Assembly (NCBI GenBank): GCA_963663545.1
Contig: OY760505.1
Location: forward strand, 1,408,001 to 1,472,000
Source of the DNA: Candidatus Delongbacteria bacterium
GTDB taxonomy: Bacteria; CAIWAD01
Length of the DNA stretch: 64,000 bases
Direction of reading: 5' to 3'
The notes under the pieces were generated by a model. That model did not search any database and was not told the DNA's origin. It saw nothing but the letters and a program-made list of their open reading frames with translations. How positions within the stretch are numbered: position 1 is the stretch's first letter; the number at the start of each line of letters is the position of its first letter. Positions 1-8,987 of the stretch are shown here, piece by piece. A program made the position numbers and the translations under genes.

Positions 1-329
1 CCGATGAACCCATGCGTGTTCCCCATGTTGTCACCATCAAACCACAACTCATAGCCCTGCGGTGCCTGCGCGGTCTCCACGTTCGTATGTATCACAAGGA
101 GCTCACCCGCCGGCAACGTAAGCGCAGGCAGCACTAGGTTCGGCCCGGACAAGTCAACCAACCACCCCTCCAGGGAGACGGCTTCACTGCCAGCGTTCCT
201 CAATTCAACCCATTCTGCACCAGTGTCGCTTCCTTCCGGATCGTAGAAGACTTCGTGTATCACGACTTGAGCCATCAACACTTTGCTGGCCAGTACCAGA
301 GTCAACAGACTCACCCAAATTCTGTTCAT
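1..329 (-). CDS. Secreted lamin-tail-domain (LTD) protein, partial (runs off the left edge)
   Basis: Hand translation: AGGAG SD, then MNRIWVSLLTLVLASKVLMAQVVIHEVFYDPEGSDTGAEWVELRN. Signal peptide plus the LTD motif VxIxEVxYDPxGxD..EWVELxN. Not in the ORF track because it is truncated. Confidence 0.8.
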   Translation of the reverse strand, partial: MNRIWVSLLTLVLASKVLMAQVVIHEVFYDPEGSDTGAEWVELRNAGSEAVSLEGWLVDLSGPNLVLPALTLPAGELLVIHTNVETAQAPQGYELWFDGDNMGNTHGFI

Positions 330-402
330 CGTATTCTCCTGTTTGTGTTTTCGGGCGGCCCGCCGGCCGCCCAGTTCCCATTCCGCTGTCCCGCCAACCG
401 GG

Positions 403-432
403 TCAGGGTGGATGCCGCCACGCTTGATCCAT
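403..432 (-). CDS. Putative leader peptide MDQAWRHPP
   Basis: AGGAGG (442-437), then ATG GAT CAA GCG TGG CGG CAT CCA CCC TGA. Ends 73 nt upstream of the LTD gene and is flanked by GC hairpins. Confidence 0.4.
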   Translation of the reverse strand: MDQAWRHPP

Positions 433-693
433 GTTTCCTCCTATTGACAGGACGACGGGTTCATAAGTGGGTGCCGACGAAATCTCACCGGCACCCGGGC
501 CGCTCTACCGAACAGCTCCAACCTCGAAGACAGACAGGGCAAGCGGAATGCCAGTATCTTGAGCCAGGAAACAAGCGCTTTGCTGCTGTATCACGCACCC
601 AGGCCTCCATCTTTCCAGAGTGCTGGAATCGCCAGCCGGAGAGCCTTCGGCCGGCTCCCTGTAATGGAAGCAGTTCTTGCATTTTTGCCCGCT

Positions 694-778
694 GTTCTAT
701 AGAGTTGTTGTTCGCTCTGCGCGAGGTGCGCAGAGAACTGTATAGAACCGGGTAGCTCTCCGACGCTAGGTCGGAGCT
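694..778 (+). promoter_or_regulatory. Structured rpsD 5' region (two hairpins)
   Basis: GTTCTATA(694-701)/TATAGAAC(741-748) encloses CTCTGCGC/GCGCAGAG. Second stem AGCTC.CCGAC/GTCGGAGCT at 754-778. Confidence 0.45.
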
Positions 779-807
779 CCAATGTTCTAAGCATTCGGAG
801 GAGCGAG

Positions 808-1428
808 ATGTCTCGTTACCGTGGTCCCAAGGACCGCCTTTCCAGGCGTTTCGGCATCAATTTGTACGGTGCCAAGCGCAACCCCAATGACCGCAAGGGT
901 TATCGCCCCGGTCAGCACGGCCAGAACCGTCGCACCAAGCAATCGGATTACGGTGTGCACCTAGCCGAGAAGCAGAAGATCCGTGCCTACTACGGCATGA
1001 TTGCTGAGAAGCAGTTCCGCCACACCTTCGAGCGTGCCCAGCGCATGCGTGCCGGTGTGACCGGTGAGGTCTTCGTCGGCCTGCTGGAAACCCGTCTGGA
1101 TTCCATGTGCATGCGCATGAACTTCGCCCCGACCATCTGGGCCGCCCGCCAGATCGTCAACCATGGCCACATCATGGTCAACGGCAAGCGCGTCAACATT
1201 CCCAGCTATCAGGTCAGCCCCGGTGACGTGGTCAGCGTGCGCGAGCGCAGCCGCAAGATCCCGATGGTGCTCCATCAGTTCTTCGGCAGCAAGATTGTCC
1301 CGCCGCCCTACATCGAGCTGGATTCGGACAATTTCACCGGCAAGCTGCTGCACTTCCCCGAGCGCCACGAGGTGCCGTTCCCGGGCGAGTTCAACGAGCA
1401 GCTGGTGGTCGAGTACTATTCCCGCTAA
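808..1428 (+). CDS. rpsD: 30S ribosomal protein S4
   Basis: MSRYRGPK..SRR, PGQHG, SDYG..L.EKQK, LETRLD, ARQ.VNHGHI.VNG..VNIPSY, VVEYYSR. GGAGG SD. Confidence 0.98.
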   Translation: MSRYRGPKDRLSRRFGINLYGAKRNPNDRKGYRPGQHGQNRRTKQSDYGVHLAEKQKIRAYYGMIAEKQFRHTFERAQRMRAGVTGEVFVGLLETRLDSMCMRMNFAPTIWAARQIVNHGHIMVNGKRVNIPSYQVSPGDVVSVRERSRKIPMVLHQFFGSKIVPPPYIELDSDNFTGKLLHFPERHEVPFPGEFNEQLVVEYYSR

Positions 1429-1453
1429 AGCGATTCAAAGCATTTGCTTGCTC

Positions 1454-1482
1454 AAGGGCATCCCGCAGGATGCCCTTTTTTT
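1454..1482 (+). terminator. Rho-independent terminator after rpsD
   Basis: AAGGGCATCC-CGCA-GGATGCCCTT followed by a T tract. Confidence 0.9.
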
Positions 1483-1591
1483 GCGGATAAAACGGGGAAA
1501 TCCCAGTAGCACTAGCGACAGCATCAACATCCTGCTTAAAAAAGCCGAAGGTGTAGTAACCATGCTATGAACCAAGAGGCCGGAGTCCTCC

Positions 1592-3901
1592 ATGCAACTA
1601 AACTTACGCCAACGCCTGCTGGTGCCGATTCTGTTACTGCTTCTTCTGGGAATCGGCGCAGTATCGTGGATCGCAATTCGCAACACCGAAGGCATTGTCG
1701 AGCGCTTGGATACCGGAACCTCGACGAACCTATTGGCGGCTTCTCGAAGCACAATTGCCTCCTGGCAGGAGGATCGGCTGCGCGACATGGCCGCGTGGAC
1801 CACTTTTGATGCATTGCAGCGAATGGTGCTTTCCAACTCTGAAGCTGATGATGTTGCCCTCGCCAACCAGCTTTTAACCGATCTAAAGGGTGAAAGCCGC
1901 CATTTCAGCGGCCTGCGGCTTGCCGGTCCCGAGGGTTCTGTTATTGCGAGCTCGACGGCATCGAACGTAGGCAACCTGAATGTCAGCGATCGCGATTACT
2001 TCCAGCACGCCATTGCAGGCGAGCGTTTCTTTTCCAAGGTGCTTGTCAGCAAAACGACGGGAAAGCCCATTTTGGTGGCCGCTGTTCCACTGATGCGAGG
2101 CGATGAGATTCATGCAGTGCTCTACGGCGTGCTGAATCTGGACGTGGTCTCGCGAACCGTGATTGAGGGGACGCGCCTGAGCGCCAGCAACTTCGGCATG
2201 TTGGTCAACGGCGAGGGCACGGTGCTGGCGCACCCGGACACTTCGCTGATTTTCAAGCCAGCGTTGAAAGACAATGCCGCACTAAAGCTAATGGTAGAGC
2301 ACGGCGAGGGAAGTCTTGAACTGCAGATGGGCGCAGGACTGTATCAAGCGCGCTATCTGATGCTGCCGGATTTGGGCTGTCTGCTCCTGCAGGTCAGCGA
2401 AACAGCCACATTGATGCAACCGGTGAACCACTTGAAGTGGACTAGTTTGATTGTCGGTCTGATCACCACCGTTGCCATGGTGCTGCTTGTCCTGCTTGTA
2501 CTCCAGGTGCTGCTCTTTCACCCCCTCAAAGACATGCAGGGTGTGCTAGCCAGCTTGATTTATGATATCGAGGAAGGCTACCTGAGACGGACGGCGGATC
2601 CAGCGAAGGTGATTCCCGAATTACGTCCGGTTCTGGGCGACGTCAACGCCCTGGCCGGAACGCTGGTGGGCGCCATCGACAATCTTCCTTTGATTGCAAT
2701 GACCGTAGGTAGTGATTTCAAAGTCCGCTACCTCAACCGTGTCGGCGCGAAAATGGTCGGACTCGACCACACCCGCGTGGAAGGCGGTCAGTGCTACGAT
2801 GGACTGAAGACCAGCATCTGCGGCACCAAAGACTGTGTGTGCACGCGTGCTACCACGGAGAACAAACCCGTGACACGCAAGACCACCGCTGAGACGCCCA
2901 TCGGGCACCGCTGTCTTAGCGCAAAGGGCATCCCATTGAAGAACGCACAGGGGCGAACAGTTGGTGCCTGGGATATCGCATTGGATGAAACCGATGTGAT
3001 ACACAGCCAGCGGCTGGTGGAACTGCAGACCGGCTACCAGCAAAAGGAAGTCGAATCTCTCTCGCAGGTGATGCAAGAGATTGCTGATGGCAACATGCGT
3101 GTGCAGTACAGCATATCGCCAACAGATGAAAACACGCGCCAAGTGGGTGAGGCTTTCAGTGCGCTTAGTGATGCGGTCAATCGCAGCGTCAATTCCCTGA
3201 CTCAAGTACTGCAGCAGATCAAGGGAAACTCGGGCACATTGGCCAGCTCTTCAGAGGAACTCACTGCCACTTCAACAACGATGGACCACAACCTGGACTG
3301 GCTGAACAAGGCCGTGGGCGAGCTCACGCGAGCTTTCGAGGGAATAGCCGAACGTGCCCAGGAAGGACGGGAGATTTCTAGCGAAGCCATCGAGCTTTCC
3401 AGCACGGCCACCCAAACCGTGCAGCAACTGGGCGCCGCCGCCACCGAGATCGATCAGGTCACGGAGATGATCAAGCGCATCGCCCAGCAGACGAATATGC
3501 TGGCGCTAAATGCAACCATTGAGGCCGCTTCCGCAGGAGTTGCGGGCAAAGGCTTTGCTGTCGTAGCAGAAGAAATCAAAGCGCTGGCGCATCAGAGCGC
3601 AACGGCTGCCGAGGACATTGCCAGTCGCATTGAAGATGTGCAGAAGAATTCACGCGCCGCTGTAGAAGCCATCGCCGCCATGGGTCAGATTGTCTACAGT
3701 GTGACACAGGCCGTTGAAGCGATCGCGCAGGCCGTGCAGGAGCAAACGGTGGCGCAACATGGACAGCAGGCCAAAGTGGAACGCGTGCACGAAATCGTCA
3801 ATGAGGCCGTTTCAGGATCTCAGCAGGTCAACGAAGCAGCCCTGGATTTGGCGCGTATTGCCGGAGAATTGGACAGTACCACTAGTCGCTTTCTGTTCTA
3901 A
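1592..3901 (+). CDS. Methyl-accepting chemotaxis protein (TM, dCache, TM, Cys-rich PAS, signalling domain)
   Basis: Cache motif SDRDYFQ..S..TGK, two TM helices, PAS-like VRYLN..CYD..C, signalling [31 protein letters not shown]. Confidence 0.93.
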   Translation: MQLNLRQRLLVPILLLLLLGIGAVSWIAIRNTEGIVERLDTGTSTNLLAASRSTIASWQEDRLRDMAAWTTFDALQRMVLSNSEADDVALANQLLTDLKGESRHFSGLRLAGPEGSVIASSTASNVGNLNVSDRDYFQHAIAGERFFSKVLVSKTTGKPILVAAVPLMRGDEIHAVLYGVLNLDVVSRTVIEGTRLSASNFGMLVNGEGTVLAHPDTSLIFKPALKDNAALKLMVEHGEGSLELQMGAGLYQARYLMLPDLGCLLLQVSETATLMQPVNHLKWTSLIVGLITTVAMVLLVLLVLQVLLFHPLKDMQGVLASLIYDIEEGYLRRTADPAKVIPELRPVLGDVNALAGTLVGAIDNLPLIAMTVGSDFKVRYLNRVGAKMVGLDHTRVEGGQCYDGLKTSICGTKDCVCTRATTENKPVTRKTTAETPIGHRCLSAKGIPLKNAQGRTVGAWDIALDETDVIHSQRLVELQTGYQQKEVESLSQVMQEIADGNMRVQYSISPTDENTRQVGEAFSALSDAVNRSVNSLTQVLQQIKGNSGTLASSSEELTATSTTMDHNLDWLNKAVGELTRAFEGIAERAQEGREISSEAIELSSTATQTVQQLGAAATEIDQVTEMIKRIAQQTNMLALNATIEAASAGVAGKGFAVVAEEIKALAHQSATAAEDIASRIEDVQKNSRAAVEAIAAMGQIVYSVTQAVEAIAQAVQEQTVAQHGQQAKVERVHEIVNEAVSGSQQVNEAALDLARIAGELDSTTSRFLF

Positions 3902-4061
3902 CAAGAACAGCATTAGTATTCATATGAGGGTAGTTTCAAAGCTGCCCTTTTCAATTTCTCGGACAAACACAACTTTTCCTTAAAGTCCTCAACCATCTTT
4001 ACCGATGCTCCTTGCGTTGCGGTATTTCTGAACCACGGATTCTGTGACAAGCGAGGTAAAG

Positions 4062-5603
4062 ATGTCCCTGCGAGTTCAACTTCTCTTGCCCGCGCTGCTC
4101 TGCTGGATCGCCTCGGCGATTCTTGCGGATCTGTTCCCCGGTACTGTGATCCTCATCGGAATGTCCATTGGAGTGCTGTTCGTCCTTGGCGGATGGCTCT
4201 ACCTTGGGCGCTCTGTGACAGCTCCCCTCCAACAGATGGAAGCTGAAGTCGAGCGCATCACCCGTGAAGCGCATTTGGGCAACCTGCGGGCCAGGCCCTC
4301 CCTGGTGGGTCTGCATGGTGAATACACACAAATTCTATCGGCAGTCGAAAAGCTGCAGAGCTTGCTGCTGAACAACATCGATAACTTTCCCGTGGTGGCA
4401 ATGAATGTCGATCGCGACCACACCATTCGCTTCATCAACCGTGTCGGCGCCAACATGCTGGGACTGAAGCACGAGGAGATGGAGGGACGCAAATGCTACG
4501 ACATGCTGAAGACGGATCAGTGCAAAACGGGCAACTGCGTCTGCCGCCGCGCGATGGACGAGGACCGGCCCATACTGGGGCAGTGTCGCTCACAAACGCC
4601 GAAAGGCGAGCGACGCTTGAGCGCCAAGGGTATTCCGCTGAAGAATGAACACGGCGACATTGTCGGCGCCATCAGTCTGGCCATGGATCAGACCGATGTG
4701 TTACAATCGCAGGAGCGCATGCAATCGGTGGCCGCCTACCAGCAGCAGGAAGTCGACGAGCTCTCTCGCACGCTGGAAGCTGTGGCACAGGGTAACATGC
4801 GCTCGCGCTATCGTTCCACCAAGGCGCAGGAAGGTGCGGAGGATGTGGCAGAAAACTTCGGCGCCATTTCCCTATCGCTGAACCATAGCCTGGATTCGCT
4901 GAGCACAGTGTTGAACCAGATCGTCGACAATTCAGCTACCCTGGCAGGCGCAGCCGAAGAGCTCACCGCGACTTCCGGATCGATGGGCCAGAACATGAAC
5001 TGGCTTGGCGGCACCGTGGAGCAACTCACGGGCTCCTTTCATGAAATCGTGCACTGTGCCGAGACCGGCGAAGAAGTATCACAGCAGGCTATTGGACTGA
5101 CCAACAGCGCTGGAAACTCCATTGAGCGGCTGGAACACGCCGCCGAGCAAATCGATCAGGTGACGACGATGATCAAGCGCATCGCCCAGCAGACCAACAT
5201 GCTGGCACTGAATGCAACGATCGAAGCCGCCTCCGCCGGATCGGCCGGTAAGGGCTTTGCAGTGGTGGCGGGAGAAATCAAGAACCTGGCGCGGCAGAGC
5301 GCCGAAGCCGCCGAAGTCATCGCCCAGCAAATCGATGAGGTTCAGGGTAGCGCGCGCGAAGTGATCATGGTCATCAGCTCCGTCGTGGATACGATCCACA
5401 ATATCAGCGACAGTGTCACCACCATCAGCCGGGCTGCGCACACGCAAACACGCAGTACCGATGGATCACGCAGCAACCTGGAGCGTCTGAACGAAATCGC
5501 ACAGGATGCCGCCACCGGTAGTCGGCAGGTAATGAGTGCGGCAGAGGATCTCAGCCGAATTGCCAATGCACTAGACGGGGCGAGTCACCGTTTCTCTGTG
5601 TAA
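4062..5603 (+). CDS. Methyl-accepting chemotaxis protein (2 TM, no periplasmic sensor, Cys-rich PAS); paralog of the upstream MCP
   Basis: [36 protein letters not shown] and C-terminal part are collinear with 1592-3901. Start placed at the ATG after GAGG. Confidence 0.92.
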   Translation: MSLRVQLLLPALLCWIASAILADLFPGTVILIGMSIGVLFVLGGWLYLGRSVTAPLQQMEAEVERITREAHLGNLRARPSLVGLHGEYTQILSAVEKLQSLLLNNIDNFPVVAMNVDRDHTIRFINRVGANMLGLKHEEMEGRKCYDMLKTDQCKTGNCVCRRAMDEDRPILGQCRSQTPKGERRLSAKGIPLKNEHGDIVGAISLAMDQTDVLQSQERMQSVAAYQQQEVDELSRTLEAVAQGNMRSRYRSTKAQEGAEDVAENFGAISLSLNHSLDSLSTVLNQIVDNSATLAGAAEELTATSGSMGQNMNWLGGTVEQLTGSFHEIVHCAETGEEVSQQAIGLTNSAGNSIERLEHAAEQIDQVTTMIKRIAQQTNMLALNATIEAASAGSAGKGFAVVAGEIKNLARQSAEAAEVIAQQIDEVQGSAREVIMVISSVVDTIHNISDSVTTISRAAHTQTRSTDGSRSNLERLNEIAQDAATGSRQVMSAAEDLSRIANALDGASHRFSV

Positions 5604-5617
5604 CACGAAAATGCCCT

Positions 5618-5709
5618 ACTCCGATGTGCGAGGGGCCGGCCAAGGGGGTCGGCTCTTCGTCTCTCTGCCAGGACTTCCTACCTCGAGGGGCGGCCTCTGA
5701 GCATGGAGT
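5618..5709 (+). ncRNA. Candidate structured RNA or long intergenic hairpin
   Basis: Nested pairings ACUCC/GGAGU, AGGGGCCG/CGGCCUCU, AGGGGGUC/GACUUCCU, GGC/GCC around a pyrimidine-rich loop. Confidence 0.3.
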
Positions 5710-5791
5710 CCCGCTGCCAATATCTACATTTACTCCGCAATTCAGATTGCGTGCACACATCGTGTGATACGCGTGATACAGGGAGTGATTC

Positions 5792-6844
5792 ATGATCTAT
5801 CAAGTCGGGCCTTACCCGCCTCCACTGGGAGGAATATCGGTTCACTTGAGTCGGCTGAAGGATCACATGGATCACCGGGGAATTCCTAATGCGTGCCTCA
5901 ATACGTTTCGCACATTCAGCTTGAAGCGAAGGATCTTTCCTACGCGCATGATGTGGTTAGAACCGCTTATGGGTATCCTTGGCAGCGGTAGTATCATGCA
6001 CTATCAGGTGGGCGGTTACGAGAATCGCTTAAGTATTGCCAGCATCGCGGCCAAACAGAAAGACAAGACTCACATCCTGACCTTCCATGGTGATACACTT
6101 CGTTTCCTGAGGGAATACAAGGAGCTGGCAGAGGAGGCGCTGCGCTCCTTTGATGCTCTCATCTGTGTCAAACCGGGCGACGCGGAAGCCTTACACGCCA
6201 TGGGATTTGATGACCGGGTCCGCTACATCACGCCCTTCATTCCACCTGCTGACTCTGAACTGGCGATTGCCTCCGCTGATACACGACAGTTTGTATCACA
6301 GCACAAACATATCCTTTGTGCCAACGCCAGTGCCATCTGCAGCTACAAGGGCGAAGATCTTTATGGCCTGGATCTTTGCCTGGATCTGATGCAGCGTCTC
6401 GTGGAACAGCGGCGGGATCTAGGGCTGGTGTTCTACTATTCGAGTGTGAGCGACAAGGAGATCCTTGCATCACAACTGCACCGACTGAAGACTCCGGAGC
6501 TTGCAGGTCATTGCCACATCGTTTTTTCTCGCGATCCACTGTATCCCGTGATACGTGAAAGCAGCCTCTTTCTTCGTCCGACAAACACGGATGGTGAGCC
6601 GCTTTCCATTCGCGAAGCCCTGCATTTTGGCGTGCCCGTACTGGCCAGTGATGTAGTACGACGTCCGGAAGGCTGCGTGCTCTTTCGTAATCGCGATACC
6701 GAGGACCTTTGCCTCAAAACGCTGGAGCTACTGGATTCTCTTGAGGCAAACAAAGCCCGTGTACGTGCGCTGCCCTCGCAATCCGGCCTGGAAGAACTGC
6801 TGGAGCTCTATGCCGACCTTGCAGACAGAGATAGCAACCAGTGA
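5792..6844 (+). CDS. Glycosyltransferase family 4 (GT-B fold)
   Basis: GPYPPPLGGISVH at the N terminus; FLRPTNTDGEPLSIREALHFGVPVLASD. Confidence 0.88.
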   Translation: MIYQVGPYPPPLGGISVHLSRLKDHMDHRGIPNACLNTFRTFSLKRRIFPTRMMWLEPLMGILGSGSIMHYQVGGYENRLSIASIAAKQKDKTHILTFHGDTLRFLREYKELAEEALRSFDALICVKPGDAEALHAMGFDDRVRYITPFIPPADSELAIASADTRQFVSQHKHILCANASAICSYKGEDLYGLDLCLDLMQRLVEQRRDLGLVFYYSSVSDKEILASQLHRLKTPELAGHCHIVFSRDPLYPVIRESSLFLRPTNTDGEPLSIREALHFGVPVLASDVVRRPEGCVLFRNRDTEDLCLKTLELLDSLEANKARVRALPSQSGLEELLELYADLADRDSNQ

Positions 6845-6923
6845 CGCGAGCTCCCAGCTACTGAAAACTCGCAAGCGTATCACAGATCCAAGAACGCCGC
6901 CGTCGACCGGTCCCTCTTCGCAG

Positions 6924-7709
6924 CTAGCTCTTATCCTCTTCCTTGTCCTTGCGGAACATCCTCGCAGGCAGACCATCCGGGTAGCGCGGCGAGCCAATGC
7001 CCAGTGATACACGCATCTCGTCGCTCATGCCCGCAAGCGGATCCTTCCATGCCTTGTCGTCAACAGGCTTGGGCGCAGGTCTTGCAGGCTCCGTCATGGC
7101 GCTGTACAAGCCCTCACCGGCTGCCCCCAGGAGCATTCCGGCAACGACAAAGAGCACAAGTGCCATGGCGATGTAGGACAGCGCCAGCACCGCGAGTATC
7201 ACAAGAAGCCCTGAATAAGCGGCGGCAAGAGGCACGGTCAACAGTCTGAATATGGCACCGGGTAGACTGTAACGACGTAGTGTGTTGAAGAGTAGATAGA
7301 GCAAATCCAGTGCAAGCAGCCCCACAATCACTAGCAAGCTCCAGTCGAAGAATCCTTGCGGCGGAACAGGCAGCTGTTTCAGCGAGACGGCCCAGATAAA
7401 GAGCGCCTCCGCACGAAAGAGCCAGATCACTGCTACATAGCCGCCAATCAGTATCAACAGTACGTCCAGGAAGCTTTCGTGTCGCGCGCGTCCGCTCAGG
7501 CCCTGAATCTTCTCCTCCAAGGTAGCCTGGCCAAGAAACAGAAGTAGCCACAACACACCCCCACCCACCAGTGCAAGCCAGAACTGCCAGCTCTTCCAAC
7601 TCGTCCAGAGCAGCAGAGTTGCGTACAGGTCGGATTGGATGAAGCTTTGGAAATCAGCACCCAGCGCGAGGGCCGGCAGGCCAAGAAAGAGCACCAGGAT
7701 AAGCAGCAT
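6924..7709 (-). CDS. Hypothetical multi-pass membrane protein
   Basis: GGAGG SD, about six hydrophobic segments, charged C-terminal tail. Confidence 0.7.
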   Translation of the reverse strand: MLLILVLFLGLPALALGADFQSFIQSDLYATLLLWTSWKSWQFWLALVGGGVLWLLLFLGQATLEEKIQGLSGRARHESFLDVLLILIGGYVAVIWLFRAEALFIWAVSLKQLPVPPQGFFDWSLLVIVGLLALDLLYLLFNTLRRYSLPGAIFRLLTVPLAAAYSGLLVILAVLALSYIAMALVLFVVAGMLLGAAGEGLYSAMTEPARPAPKPVDDKAWKDPLAGMSDEMRVSLGIGSPRYPDGLPARMFRKDKEEDKS

Positions 7710-7729
7710 ATTCGCCTCCGATGAATGTG

Positions 7730-8287
7730 TTACATGCGCTGCAGCAGCAGACTCTTGCAGAAGGAAATGCGCGGCGAATCGAGAATGGAGTAGCCAAGGG
7801 CGTTCGCCAACCCGGCCATGGCAAAGAACTCCTTGCGAGACACGTGAAAAGGCGGTTCAACCACCAACAGACGCCCTCCGGGCTTCAGCATTCCCGCCAC
7901 TTCGGTGAAGAAAGCGGTCTGATCCGGGACTTCGTGCACCATGAAGAAGGCCAGCGCAAAGTCCGCCTTTAGCTCCAGGCCAATCCGATTCGCCTCGCAT
8001 TTGTGTGTTGTAACACGCGCTCCCAGCGCACCTCCTCTCAGCTTCTGCTTGACCTTCTGCAGCATGCCCTCCTGCAGATCCACCGCATGAACCTGGCCTG
8101 TATCACCCACAAGCCGCGCCATCTCAATCGTAAAGAAGCCAGGACCACAGCCCAGATCGATGCAGCTCATGCCCTCCTTTAGCAGCGGAGCAAGAAGGCG
8201 ATCGGGACGCTGAAGCCACCATCGCAAGCGATTGTCCAGGCTGCCAGCCTGCTCTACGGGGCACACTCGTTTCTTATCGCGGGACAT
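7730..8287 (-). CDS. Class I SAM-dependent methyltransferase
   Basis: IDLGCGPGFF, AVDLQEGML, LKPGGRLLVVEP. Start MSRDKK after GGAGG. Confidence 0.9.
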   Translation of the reverse strand: MSRDKKRVCPVEQAGSLDNRLRWWLQRPDRLLAPLLKEGMSCIDLGCGPGFFTIEMARLVGDTGQVHAVDLQEGMLQKVKQKLRGGALGARVTTHKCEANRIGLELKADFALAFFMVHEVPDQTAFFTEVAGMLKPGGRLLVVEPPFHVSRKEFFAMAGLANALGYSILDSPRISFCKSLLLQRM

Positions 8288-8352
8288 GGAACCTCCATGC
8301 AAACAGTGAAAGCAGTGGCAAGACAAATAGGCGGCACATTCAACGCCACCCC

Positions 8353-8967
8353 TTACTCAAAATCGAGATGGCGCAGAACCTGTTTCAGCTCTGTTTCTGG
8401 ATTGCGAAAGCGGGGATCGAGCGTTGACCACTTCACTAGATCGTAGCGATGCAGGAGAAACTTGCTGTAACACAGAGTCGCAGATTCCAAACCTATTCGA
8501 CCAGCCCGATAGTCCAACCACGTCGTTAGAAAATCCATGAAGCCCTCGGGTCCGCCGATATCCTCGATAGGATTTGCGCGTGTGCCACCAACACAAATGG
8601 GATAGTTCTTGCGACGCGGGTGGACGTTCTCGGGTTCAACTCGCTCGATCCAGTGCCGCCAGCCATCGCCAAAGTCGTAGACGTAAAACGAATCCTCTCC
8701 GATTTCCGGTAAAATTTCTAGAACCGGACACTCCCAGGCTTTCCTCACCGGTGTTTTATCCTCGCTCCCGGGAAGTCCAACACGCTCAACTTCTCCACCC
8801 TCTTCACGCTGGCAAAGGAACTCGAAAAAATGCTTGCCACTCCAGCCAAAGGCACCCTGAATAGCCATGTGGAGCTCCCACATCGTACTGTCGGCGCGCA
8901 TCTGAATCACACGCTCGATCGGTGGTTCGATATCCAGCAGCGAAACTTCAAGCTGTATCACATCCAT
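8353..8967 (-). CDS. Plasmid pRiA4b ORF-3 family protein
   Basis: L.VSL..IEPPI.R, LH.AIQ.AFGW...H..EF, YVYDFGDGW.H, YP.CVGG.RA.P.ED.GG..GF. Confidence 0.88.
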   Translation of the reverse strand: MDVIQLEVSLLDIEPPIERVIQMRADSTMWELHMAIQGAFGWSGKHFFEFLCQREEGGEVERVGLPGSEDKTPVRKAWECPVLEILPEIGEDSFYVYDFGDGWRHWIERVEPENVHPRRKNYPICVGGTRANPIEDIGGPEGFMDFLTTWLDYRAGRIGLESATLCYSKFLLHRYDLVKWSTLDPRFRNPETELKQVLRHLDFE

Positions 8968-8987
8968 TCTTCCTCCAGCGATGCTAG

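Noticed and set aside
5618..5709. SRP RNA or 6S RNA
   Set aside because: No SRP helix-8 GGAA/AGCAG motif; about half the length of 6S and no large central bubble.
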